A DNA stretch of 64,000 bases from Alphaproteobacteria bacterium (lineage in GTDB: Bacteria > Pseudomonadota > Alphaproteobacteria > SP197): positions 1,184,001-1,248,000 of the forward strand of contig OZ219918.1 in assembly GCA_964291415.2 (NCBI GenBank), written 5' to 3'. Positions 27,606-36,589 of this stretch are shown here, in pieces. A program made the position numbers and the translations under genes. Positions within the stretch are counted from its first letter, which is position 1. Each line of letters begins with the position of its first letter. The notes under the pieces were generated by a model. It was given only the letters and a program-made list of their open reading frames with translations. It was not told the origin of the DNA and did not search any database.

Positions 27606-28990
27606 AGCGAAGGGACGCCTGTGACATCGCCGTGGTGGGCGCCGGGCCCGCGGGTCTGTCAGCGGCGCAGGCGGCGGCGGAGAAGGGCCTTGATGTCGTG
27701 GTCGTAGATGCAAACAGCCATCCTGGCGGCCAGTATTTCATGCAACCACTGGAAGCGGGATCCGTTTTCGCCAGATCGGCGCAGGTCTTGCGGGGCAAGG
27801 CCAGGGTCCGGAGCGCAACAACTGCCGGCGCCAGAATGCTGCTCGCAACCGAGGTGTGGGGGGCGTTCCCGGGCTTCGCGCTTCATGCCCGGGATCCTGA
27901 CGGGGCTGTGTGCATCGAATCGAAATCCGTGATCGTCGCGACGGGAGCACACGATCGCCTTCAGGCCTTTCCGGGCTGGACCCTCCCCGGTGTCATGACG
28001 CCGGGCGCCGCCCAGCGGCTGGCCAAGACCTCAGGCGTTCCACCCGGCCAGCGAACACTGCTGGCGGGCAGCGGACCATTTCTTCTTCCAGTTGCGGGAA
28101 CGGTCCTCAAGGCTGGCGGCACGCTTGTGGAAGTGGTCGAGGCACAGTCTTCTTACCTGCGCACGCTGCCCCTTCTCGCGGTTCATCCAGACAAGTGGCT
28201 GGAGACGGCCCGTGTGCTGTTTCCGGTCCTTGCCGCCCGCTCCAGGCTTCGATTGGGCGAAATCGTCGTGGCAGCTTCGGGCGAGGAAAGGGTGAGAGAA
28301 GTTGAACTGGCGCCCCTCGATGCTGACGGTCTGCCCGACCTCGCACGAAGGCGCGTGGTTTCGGATATCGACTCGCTTCTCGTCGGTTTCGGTTTTCAGC
28401 CGCAGATAGAACTCACCGCTGTGCTGGGCTGTCGGCATCATTTTGACGAGGAGGCCGGAGGCTGGTGCTGCACGGTGGAACGGGACTGTGGTGCCACAGA
28501 CATGCCCGGGGTGTTTGCAGCCGGTGAAGTCTGCGGCGTGGGCGGTGCTGTTCCCGCAGCGATTTCGGGGCGCATGGCCGGCCTTGCAGCGGCTGGACAG
28601 ATTCTTGGCGAGGAAACCGCGTCCGAACGGCGCGCCCTGTCGAGGCGCCTGAAGCGTGCCCGAAAGTTCGCCCGGGAACTCAATCGCCTGTTTGCGCCTC
28701 CTCCCGGGTTGGTGGAGCTTCTCTCGAACGAGACGATCATTTGCCGATGCGAAGACGTCACGGCCGGTGAGGTCAGGGAGGAGATCACGGGAGGCATGGA
28801 CACCATCCATGGCGTCAAGCTCTGGACTCGCGCCGGCATGGGCCCGTGTCAGGCTCGTTTCTGCGGCTGGTCGTTGGCCCGGTTGGTTGCTGAAGAGACC
28901 GGAAACAGCATGGAGGACATCGGGTTCAGCCATCCCCGCATGCCGCTCAGGCCCGTGCCGTTGAACGTTGTCCGCGATTCAATCCTGTAG
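27602..28990 (+). CDS. FAD/NAD oxidoreductase with BFD-like 2Fe-2S domain (HcnB/OoxA-like)
   Basis: VGAGPAG, FPGWTLPGVMT, ICRCEDV, TRAGMGPCQARFC. Confidence 0.9.
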   Translation: MKRRDACDIAVVGAGPAGLSAAQAAAEKGLDVVVVDANSHPGGQYFMQPLEAGSVFARSAQVLRGKARVRSATTAGARMLLATEVWGAFPGFALHARDPDGAVCIESKSVIVATGAHDRLQAFPGWTLPGVMTPGAAQRLAKTSGVPPGQRTLLAGSGPFLLPVAGTVLKAGGTLVEVVEAQSSYLRTLPLLAVHPDKWLETARVLFPVLAARSRLRLGEIVVAASGEERVREVELAPLDADGLPDLARRRVVSDIDSLLVGFGFQPQIELTAVLGCRHHFDEEAGGWCCTVERDCGATDMPGVFAAGEVCGVGGAVPAAISGRMAGLAAAGQILGEETASERRALSRRLKRARKFARELNRLFAPPPGLVELLSNETIICRCEDVTAGEVREEITGGMDTIHGVKLWTRAGMGPCQARFCGWSLARLVAEETGNSMEDIGFSHPRMPLRPVPLNVVRDSIL

Positions 28991-29261
28991 GTGAATGATG
29001 ATGCCGGTTTCGTCACCCGCATCTCGGTTCCGTTCGGCTGTGACAACGCCAGAGCGTTATCCGATCAGGTTGGACCATTTCCGGCGGTGGCGAAGTCGTC
29101 TAGGCACTCCTCGGGCTTGACCAGGATGCCTGGGAAGCCATGGCAGCCTCCTCCATGCAGGCCGAGGACGGGGACCCGGAGGGTGGCGCCTGGTATTTAC
29201 GATATTTGTTTCACTTACGGCGTTTATGAATCATGTTCGTCCTGACGAAGGAGGCGCCACC

Positions 29262-29711
29262 ATGGCAACGAGGACCAAGGCGGAAACGGCATGCGGCATA
29301 CCGAGCGAACGCGATGCGGCGCTCGCGGACCGGGCGGGTCGGGCGCTGGAGCCACTGGTGGAGGGGACCCGACCGATATCGGCGCGGTTCGGCGACGAGA
29401 CCGTGGACCTGCCAGCGCCGGCGCTGCGGCTGCTCCGGGAGATTCTCGACCGGATGGCGCACGGCAAGGGCGTCGCCTTGACGCCGCTTCACGCCGAGCT
29501 CACGACGCGCCGGGCGGCCGAGCTTCTGCAGGTGTCGCGGACACACCTGGTCCAGCTCCTCGACTCGGGACGGATCCCCTGCCGCAAGGTCGGCTCACAC
29601 CGCCGCGTCCGCGCCGAGGATGTTCTCGCCTGGCGCCGCGAGACCGAGCTCCGCCGCCGCGAGGCGCTCGACGGACTGACCGCACGCGATCAGAAACTCG
29701 GGCTGCAATAG
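29262..29711 (+). CDS. Excisionase-type HTH protein (antitoxin partner of a PIN toxin)
   Basis: ELTTRRAAELLQVSRTHLVQLLDSGRIP..KVGSHRRV; followed by a PIN gene. Confidence 0.85.
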   Translation: MATRTKAETACGIPSERDAALADRAGRALEPLVEGTRPISARFGDETVDLPAPALRLLREILDRMAHGKGVALTPLHAELTTRRAAELLQVSRTHLVQLLDSGRIPCRKVGSHRRVRAEDVLAWRRETELRRREALDGLTARDQKLGLQ

Positions 29712-29714
29712 ACG

Positions 29715-30230
29715 ATGGCCGGCCCGACGGCGTTGCTGGACACCAACGTACTCTATCCGGCCGGTCTTCGCCCCCGCTGGAGCGCCGATACTCATGCCGA
29801 ATGGATGCGCAGCCTTCTCGCCGACCGCCCCGATATCGACGCCGGGGTGCTCGACGGGACCCGCGCGGTCATGGACGAACACTTCCCCGACGCCGTCGTG
29901 ACGGGATACGGGACCATCGCCGCCGGGCTCGACCTGCCGGACCCCGACGACTGCCATGTACTGGCTGCGGCCATCCACGGCGGCGTTGACGTGATCGTGC
30001 CCCGCAATCTGCGGGCTTTTCCGACCGACAGGCTGATGCCACACGCCCTTGCGGCGCAGCACCCCGATGCCTTCGTCGCCGACCTGTTCGAGACCGACCC
30101 CGAGGCCGTGCTCGCCGCCGTTCGCGGCCACCGGATGGCGCCGCGCCATCCTCCCCGGTCGGCCAGCGATCATCTGGCCGCCCTCGAACGCCTCGGCCTG
30201 AGCGAAACCGTATCCTGTTGCGACCGCACG
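29715..30230 (+). pseudogene. PIN-domain toxin with internal deletion and lost stop codon
   Basis: LLDTNVLYPA joined directly to GLRPRWS; LPDPDDCHVLAAAI and NLRAFP present; reads through into low-complexity antisense sequence. Confidence 0.7.
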
Positions 30231-30386
30231 AGCCGTCAATCTGACCGGCTCCCCTATCCGGATCGCCGTCGCCGGTTCCGCGCACCGCCCTGCTGCGCAA
30301 CCGCCCGGACGTTATCTTGCCGGGGGCGCGAACGTCGCAGTTCCGGCCGTCAGTCCGCTTCGCAGCCGCCCCGGCGCCGTCTTCGC

Positions 30387-30830
30387 TCAGCCCCTCCGCG
30401 CGAGCCACCACCAGGCGAACCAGACCGGCGCCCCGAGCGCAACGGCGCAGGCCGCGATCGCGAGTGGCCCGAGCAGGCCCGCGAACACCGCCACCGGGAT
30501 GGTCATGGCGCCCATCCCGACACCCGCCATCCAGGCCGTGCGCCGGTAGCCGAACCGCCAGAGGCGGCGGCATCCGAGGGCCAGCGGCAGGCCGCACGGC
30601 CCGAGCAGCGCCAGCGACAGACCCTCCATCGCCATCGTCGCGAGCCACGGCCCCAGCGTGCCCGCAGCGAGCGCATCCGGCCCGAACCGCACCGCCGCCT
30701 GCGCAACGATCCCGGCCGGCAGCCAGAGCAGCGCCAGCGGCCAGAACCCGTGACGCCCGATCCATCCGCGCCCGTCCATGTCGTAGCGATGCACCAGGCC
30801 GGTCCGGCGTTCAAGCGGGTCGGTTCTCAT
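30387..30830 (-). CDS. Hypothetical membrane protein (~4 TM)
   Basis: Hydrophobic helices, GC-rich codon pattern; start could also be 30779. Confidence 0.55.
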   Translation of the reverse strand: MRTDPLERRTGLVHRYDMDGRGWIGRHGFWPLALLWLPAGIVAQAAVRFGPDALAAGTLGPWLATMAMEGLSLALLGPCGLPLALGCRRLWRFGYRRTAWMAGVGMGAMTIPVAVFAGLLGPLAIAACAVALGAPVWFAWWWLARRG

Positions 30831-30918
30831 GTCGCCGGGGAGGCAAAAAAGAGCGTGTGGGGAGCGCGGCCGCTGACGGAGAGGGAGCGGTGGTACTCGA
30901 CATTCGGGAGCTCGGGAC

Positions 30919-31053
30919 ATGGCGACATTGATCTACGCTGGTGTCGGCGCGCGGGCGACACCGGTAGCCATGCCACCACACCTCGCCGGAGGCCATGCAC
31001 AAATTGCAGATAACTCTGGACACAACTCACACCGGGGGTTTCAGGAGACGTAA
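30919..31053 (+). pseudogene. N-terminal relic of SLOG/DprA-like protein
   Basis: MATLIYAGVGARATP resembles the YAGIGSRxTP start of SLOG-family proteins, then degenerates. Confidence 0.45.
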
Positions 31054-31194
31054 AGGACGGTCCTGGAGAGACCTGGGGAACTCCGGGACATCTTGCGGAT
31101 TGACCGGATAACGCACTCGGCTATCGGACGGTACTTCTCCAGTGGGCCGGGCCATTGCGCGTCTCAAGCCAATGTCAAGGAGCCCGGCCGCGTG

Positions 31195-31908
31195 TCACAG
31201 GGTCACGTCATTGCGGCAGTTGACGACGAGTTCTGCGATCGACGCGGTGTTGGAGAGGGCGATCAGGGTGGCTGCAAGTTCGGCGATGTCGCCTGGCTCC
31301 ATCATCTCCTCGTGGGGGAATGTGGTGACATCGGCCGTCATGTCGGTGGCGACGAATCCGGGGCACAGCGCCGTGCAGCGCACCCCGTCATCCCAGCCGC
31401 AATGGCGGGTCGCATGGGACAGGGCGACGGCGGCAAACTTGGTCATCGCATAGCCGACGTTGTTGTTGTAGACGGCCTTTCCCGCGATCGAGGCGACATT
31501 GACGATGCGCCCCGCATCGCTTTTCCTGAGATGCGGCAGGGCGAGGCGGATCATCGACAGCGGCGCCTTCACGTTGACGGCCCACATGCGGTCGAGATCC
31601 TCGTCCCGGTCGATCTCGACCGTGACCCGCACCACCATGCCCGCGTTGTTGACGAGGCCGTCGATACGCCCGAAGCGCGATACCGTGTCGTCCACCCACG
31701 CGCGATGGGTGTCCCTGTCTTCGGCGTCGTAGCGGTGGCGGGACAGGTGGTCGGCACTCCACCCGTCGGTCATGTCGGCGAGCGAGTCGGGGTCGCGAGC
31801 GCCCAGGCTCAGCGTGTAGCCGGCATCGTGGAGGCGTTCGGCGATGGCACGGCCGATCCCGCGGTTGGCGCCGGATACCATGATGACGCGTCCTTCAGGG
31901 GCAAGCAT
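31195..31908 (-). CDS. Short-chain dehydrogenase/reductase
   Basis: SGANRGIG, LVNNAG, YAMTK, CPGFVATDM. Confidence 0.92.
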   Translation of the reverse strand: MLAPEGRVIMVSGANRGIGRAIAERLHDAGYTLSLGARDPDSLADMTDGWSADHLSRHRYDAEDRDTHRAWVDDTVSRFGRIDGLVNNAGMVVRVTVEIDRDEDLDRMWAVNVKAPLSMIRLALPHLRKSDAGRIVNVASIAGKAVYNNNVGYAMTKFAAVALSHATRHCGWDDGVRCTALCPGFVATDMTADVTTFPHEEMMEPGDIAELAATLIALSNTASIAELVVNCRNDVTL

Positions 31909-31926
31909 GGAAAGTACCCTCCAGAA

Positions 31927-32895
31927 TCAGGACCAGAGCGCGACGCAACGGACCTCGATGCTCCAGCGGTCGGGTGCGTCGTCCGGTGTTGAAGGATCCT
32001 CGAAGGCGCTGTGAAAGCTGAACGTGGAGATCGCGTCCCCGTCTCCGCGCCGGCCCCCGGACGACGCGAGCGTCCCGTCTGAATCCCACTGCTTGAGGAT
32101 CAGGACCTCGTCACGGGTGAGTGCCGTGTAGTAGGACCAGCGGTGGGTGTCGGCATGCTTGGCGAAGTAGTTCTCGCCGACGCGGTCGGCGTAGTGAATC
32201 TCGAAGACGACCAGGTCCATCGGATTCACGCTGGTGGCGTCACACAGCGCAAGGGGATGGGTGGCGACCGGTTCCGGCCTCACGTTGCGCCATACGTTGA
32301 TGATGGCATACCGACCGGAGTCGAGAGCACAGTCGACTTCGTCCCGGTCGAGCAGCGACGTGCCGGCGGCAAGCACCGTGGAAAGAGTGTCGTTCTCGCC
32401 TGGTGGTCGTGTCAGGTCGCGAAGTCTTTGCGGTGCGCTGGCGAGGGTGTAGTCGCCGTGGACGACACTCGCCGGTCCCTGCACTTCCTGGCCACCCCTG
32501 ATGCGGCTACGGCTGGACTTGCCGCCGGCCGAACGGACGTTGTGGTCGAAGGCGGCGGCGAACGATGCGCCGCTTGCCTCGCGCACGATGTCGGCACACT
32601 CCGGATAGTAGCGGCGCACCACCTCGTCGTGACTGAGAAAATCGAGATCGGAACGCGCCAGCGGGCTTCGGGTCATGCAGAAACCGTTGCGCGTGAGCGT
32701 CGGTCGTTGCGCGGCATCAAGCTGGCGAACGTCGCGGACCGGCATCGGGTACTCCTCGAGGTCGACGCCGACCCAGTGGTCGTCACTGCCGTCGCGGTCA
32801 CGCCGGGTCAGAACCTTGCCATTGCGGTAGAGGGAGGGTTCTGCGGATGGGCCGAGATAGTTGAAGCGTCCTGTGCCTGGTGAAGATGTGATCAT
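31927..32895 (-). CDS. CmcJ/NvfI (AsaB-like) family oxidoreductase
   Basis: YYPEC, FDHNVRS, VHGDYT, INVWR, PLALCDA, HSAFEDP, RWSIEVR. Confidence 0.82.
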   Translation of the reverse strand: MITSSPGTGRFNYLGPSAEPSLYRNGKVLTRRDRDGSDDHWVGVDLEEYPMPVRDVRQLDAAQRPTLTRNGFCMTRSPLARSDLDFLSHDEVVRRYYPECADIVREASGASFAAAFDHNVRSAGGKSSRSRIRGGQEVQGPASVVHGDYTLASAPQRLRDLTRPPGENDTLSTVLAAGTSLLDRDEVDCALDSGRYAIINVWRNVRPEPVATHPLALCDATSVNPMDLVVFEIHYADRVGENYFAKHADTHRWSYYTALTRDEVLILKQWDSDGTLASSGGRRGDGDAISTFSFHSAFEDPSTPDDAPDRWSIEVRCVALWS

Positions 32896-32975
32896 GCGGT
32901 TTCCGGCGAATGGCTTACCCTCGACCATTTTGCCACGATAGAATGGCCGGAACCATGATTGTGGAGAACAACACG

Positions 32976-33620
32976 ATGGAACTCTTTGCTGATCCGATCA
33001 CGGTGAACTGCCGCAAGGTGCTTGCTGGCCTGCAACTGCTTGGCGCCGACTACGAGCTCACCAAGGTGGATTACTTTGCCGGTGAGCAGGCGGGCGAGGC
33101 CTTTCGAAAGATCAATCCGAATGCAGCCCTGCCGGCCCTCAGGGATGGTGACCTTGTGCTCTGGGAGTCGAACGCCATCCTGCAGTACGCTGCCGAGAAG
33201 ACGGGTCGCGAGGACCGCTATCCCGTGGCGCCCGCAGACCGTGCGGATGTCAATCGCTGGTTGTTGTGGGAAGCCGCTTCGTGGTTTCCCTCCTGCTACA
33301 TCTACCTGGTCGAGAACTGCGTGAAGCCACTGCTCGGCGATACCACAGATCCTGCCGTGCTCGCCGGGGAGGCTGACAACTTCCACAAGCTTGCCGGCAT
33401 TCTCGATGATCGCCTGTCGGACAATCCATGGCTCACCGGCGATGCTGTCACAATCGCGGATATCGCGGTGGCAGCGCCGATGCATCTCCATGAATGGGCC
33501 CAGTTGCCGTTGGATGACCATCCCAACCTGGTTCGCTGGATGACCGAAAACGTCGAACAGCTCGAGTGCTGGAAGGCCACCCATGTGGGCGAGGGATTTG
33601 TCGCCGGCGCGGCGGCCTGA
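32976..33620 (+). CDS. Glutathione S-transferase family protein
   Basis: INPNAALPAL, LWESNAILQY, TIADIA. Confidence 0.92.
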   Translation: MELFADPITVNCRKVLAGLQLLGADYELTKVDYFAGEQAGEAFRKINPNAALPALRDGDLVLWESNAILQYAAEKTGREDRYPVAPADRADVNRWLLWEAASWFPSCYIYLVENCVKPLLGDTTDPAVLAGEADNFHKLAGILDDRLSDNPWLTGDAVTIADIAVAAPMHLHEWAQLPLDDHPNLVRWMTENVEQLECWKATHVGEGFVAGAAA

Positions 33621-33638
33621 CTTCGCCGTGGGGTAGGG

Positions 33639-34532
33639 TCAGCGTCCAAGGACGAGGACAAGGATCCCGGCGACAATCGCCAGAATGCCGGCGAACTCCG
33701 CAATGCTGGTGCGTTCCCGGAAGATCACCAGCGAGGCGATGAAGGTGAACACCAGCTCCACCTGGCCCAGGGCGCGCACGTAGGCGGCATTCTCGATGGT
33801 CATGGCCGTGAACCAGCATGCCGATGCCAGCATGCCGGTCAGTCCGACGAGCCCGGAGACGCGCCAGCTGAGAAAGGCCTCGGAGAGGACCCGCCGCTGC
33901 CGTGCGATGAGCCACGCGGTCATGATCACGGTTTGCCAGGTGGTGACGAAGAGAAGCGTGAAGGCGGCCTGCATCAAGTAGCCGTCGCCACCCAGCGACA
34001 GCGACGCGGCACGCACCGACACCGCGGTCAGGGCAAAAAGCGCCCCGGACGCAAGCCCGATGGGAATGGCGCGGCCGGAGAACTCCCGAACGCCCGCGGC
34101 GGCGCGCGCCACGCTGAGGACCAGCACGCCGACAAGGCTGATGATGATTCCCGCCACGGCCCCGACGCTCAGTGGATCACCCAGAATGAGAAGGCCGATG
34201 ATGGCGGCCTGGACCGTTTCCGTCTTGGAATAGGCTGTGCCGGCGGCGAAGGTCCGCATCGAGAAGAGCGTCACGAGAAGGAGGGTGGCAAGGATCTGCG
34301 ACAGGCCGGCGACGCCGGCGAAGACCAGGAACGAACTGTCCGGGAGAGGGAGTGGGTCGTCGCCAAAGACGAGCAGAGTGGCAACCCAGACAAGGGCGAA
34401 GGGCACCGCGTAGACGAAGCGGACATAGGTGGCGCCGACGGTATCCAGTCTGCTGCGCAGATGCTTCTGCAGGGCCGAGCGGGCGTTCTGCAGGAATGCC
34501 GCGGCAACGGTGATCGGGATCCACAATTCCAT
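33639..34532 (-). CDS. DMT/EamA family transporter
   Basis: ~10 TM helices; AAFLQNARSALQK, YSKTE, RALGQVE. Confidence 0.88.
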   Translation of the reverse strand: MELWIPITVAAAFLQNARSALQKHLRSRLDTVGATYVRFVYAVPFALVWVATLLVFGDDPLPLPDSSFLVFAGVAGLSQILATLLLVTLFSMRTFAAGTAYSKTETVQAAIIGLLILGDPLSVGAVAGIIISLVGVLVLSVARAAAGVREFSGRAIPIGLASGALFALTAVSVRAASLSLGGDGYLMQAAFTLLFVTTWQTVIMTAWLIARQRRVLSEAFLSWRVSGLVGLTGMLASACWFTAMTIENAAYVRALGQVELVFTFIASLVIFRERTSIAEFAGILAIVAGILVLVLGR

Positions 34533-34769
34533 CAGCGGTGATGCCTTGCCGCCCGCGCGCTGTGACGGAACGCGACGATTGGCGCACGCCGCGGCGCTTC
34601 CTTATCCACTGACTCGCGCCGTGATCAGCCAGGCCGGGGAATTCATGCCGACGGGAACGATGTCACATGGACAAGGCGGATGGTGCTGCTCACCGGACGT
34701 CGATTCATCGTCCGCCATCGAGCGGAGGCGATGCCTGCCAGGTCTTGTCATCCCACATGGTGTTCCGGC

Positions 34770-36485
34770 TCATGGTGGCGCCCACTCCTCGATCCGGTGC
34801 TCGGTGCGCAACATCTGCCGGCGGCCCTGAAGTCCTTCAAAGACCTTGTCGGCATCCATACTCCCGGATGGATCGAGCATCAGGGAGGCGCGGGCTTCGG
34901 CGAAGAACCGGTCGCTCGCCCGCTTCACATAGCCTTCCTGCCACCATGTACAGATCCGGTCCCGGGCGTCGTCGAGAGCGTCCGCCGACGGAAGCCGGGC
35001 GCGTTTCTGGTGCTGATTGACGCGCCTGTCGGTGGGCAGAAGGTTCCACAGGGCATCACACGGCCATGCCGCCCACGGCATGCAGTGATCGATGTTGAGC
35101 CGTTTCCTGTCCAGCTTGCGGCCTGTCCAGACGCAATGGAGGTGTCCCTCCTCGAAGAGCTCCCGGGAGACCCTGCGAGCGAATCCGACGTCGCGGTCGG
35201 GATCGGACCATCGCATGGCGTCCTCGACGCGGCGATGATCGAGTTCTCTTCCCTGTGTCGTCGCCCACTCCGTCATCAGCTTCATCCATTCAGCGATCAG
35301 TGCGGGCTCGATCCACGCGTCATGACGCATGAGGGAGTTCCACAGATGGACGGGAATGTGAAGGTCGCCGAACTGCGCCAGATACTCCCGATCGACGAGC
35401 ACGGAGCGAGGTGGCGCACCGGCTTTCGCCTGACGAGCCTCGAACACCTGTTCGTCGGAACCGGGGAGGGTCATGTAGTGGATCGGCATCCTGACGAGTG
35501 TGCCGACGGTGTCCCGAAGCGCCTGGTGAAGTCCGCGGGCGTGGGAGCCCGAGAAGCTCTGGCCGACACGCAGGTCGAAGGCCGGGAGATCGTTGATGGT
35601 CCGCCAGCCATCCTTGACAAATCCAAGATTGGTCAGGCCATCGTTGCCGGGGCGCTGCGGCAGTCCGGCCCCGATCAGCGCCTTGTAGAGTCTGAGCCAG
35701 TTGAGGGCGACGAGACCGAGAGGCACGGTCACGGTATCGTCATCCACATGGCGCGCCATGCCGGGAGCACTGTCGGCGGTACGCGCCACGGCACGGAGCA
35801 GGCCGAGCTTGTAGGTCGATGATTTCCTGTCGTTGAGGATGATGTGGCGGAGCAGGGGCAGGGCGCCGGTACCGTCATCGGGGAGTTGCAGGGCCACCTG
35901 CTCCCAGCGAACGCCGGGACGGCCGAAACTGTCCGGTGTGGTGCTTCCGGGAAGTGCCATGGCGCCGTGCCGACGGGCGAGAGATTCAACTTCGGCTGCG
36001 CTGGAGGGATACATGCCGTCATCAGAGTCGTTGCCGCCGACACGCAGCGAGAAAATGATGAGGCCGCCGGGCTTGAGGAGGCCGATGAGCTTGCGAAAGG
36101 CACGCTGCCGATCATCCGGATGAACGTGCATCCACACGGCGTTGAGCAGAATGATGTCGTAGCTCAGTCCTCGTCGCACGACGTGATCAAGCGATGGCAG
36201 GCAATCTTGGGTCCAGGAGACTCGTGCAGTCGGGTGTCGTCGGTGCGCCTCCTCGAGCATCGTCGCCGAAGGGTCGGCGGCTACGACTTCGTAGCCCTTT
36301 GCGGCGAACCATGCGGCGTCACGGCCCGATCCGGCGCCGACGTCGAGCACGGCGGCCGGTGGCGGCGGCAGGTGATCGGCGAACCAGGCGTGAAGCGCAT
36401 TGGGGTCAATCGACTCATAGCGCTCGGCAAGGGCACGCCCCGCAGCGTCCTCGTAGCGCGTCAGTTGTCCGGGCGTCCCTGTCAT
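34770..36485 (-). CDS. Class I SAM-methyltransferase fused to HNH endonuclease
   Basis: VLDVGAGSGRDA and AVWMH at the N-terminus; STYKLGLL middle domain; CVWTG..IDHCMPW..LWNLLP...VNQHQK HNH at the C-terminus. Confidence 0.85.
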   Translation of the reverse strand: MTGTPGQLTRYEDAAGRALAERYESIDPNALHAWFADHLPPPPAAVLDVGAGSGRDAAWFAAKGYEVVAADPSATMLEEAHRRHPTARVSWTQDCLPSLDHVVRRGLSYDIILLNAVWMHVHPDDRQRAFRKLIGLLKPGGLIIFSLRVGGNDSDDGMYPSSAAEVESLARRHGAMALPGSTTPDSFGRPGVRWEQVALQLPDDGTGALPLLRHIILNDRKSSTYKLGLLRAVARTADSAPGMARHVDDDTVTVPLGLVALNWLRLYKALIGAGLPQRPGNDGLTNLGFVKDGWRTINDLPAFDLRVGQSFSGSHARGLHQALRDTVGTLVRMPIHYMTLPGSDEQVFEARQAKAGAPPRSVLVDREYLAQFGDLHIPVHLWNSLMRHDAWIEPALIAEWMKLMTEWATTQGRELDHRRVEDAMRWSDPDRDVGFARRVSRELFEEGHLHCVWTGRKLDRKRLNIDHCMPWAAWPCDALWNLLPTDRRVNQHQKRARLPSADALDDARDRICTWWQEGYVKRASDRFFAEARASLMLDPSGSMDADKVFEGLQGRRQMLRTEHRIEEWAPP

Positions 36486-36589
36486 CGGGAAAGAATAGAC
36501 CCGTCAGTTCTCTGGAAGAAGGTTGACGGTGGGGGATGTTCCGCTGGCCCGTGGAAGCTATTGTGAGTTGAGGGAACCGGAGAGTCGTC

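Noticed and set aside
26203-28990. Hydrogen cyanide synthase call
   Set aside because: The same three-subunit architecture is shared by opine, D-amino acid and hydroxyproline oxidases; the catabolic context argues against naming it hcnABC.
29715-31013. 432-aa PIN protein with Arg/Pro-rich tail
   Set aside because: The tail is read-through over the antisense strand of a membrane-protein gene.
34761-36543. TGTTCCG direct repeat around the MTase-HNH gene as a TSD
   Set aside because: Only 7 bp, with no accompanying terminal inverted repeats; expected by chance.
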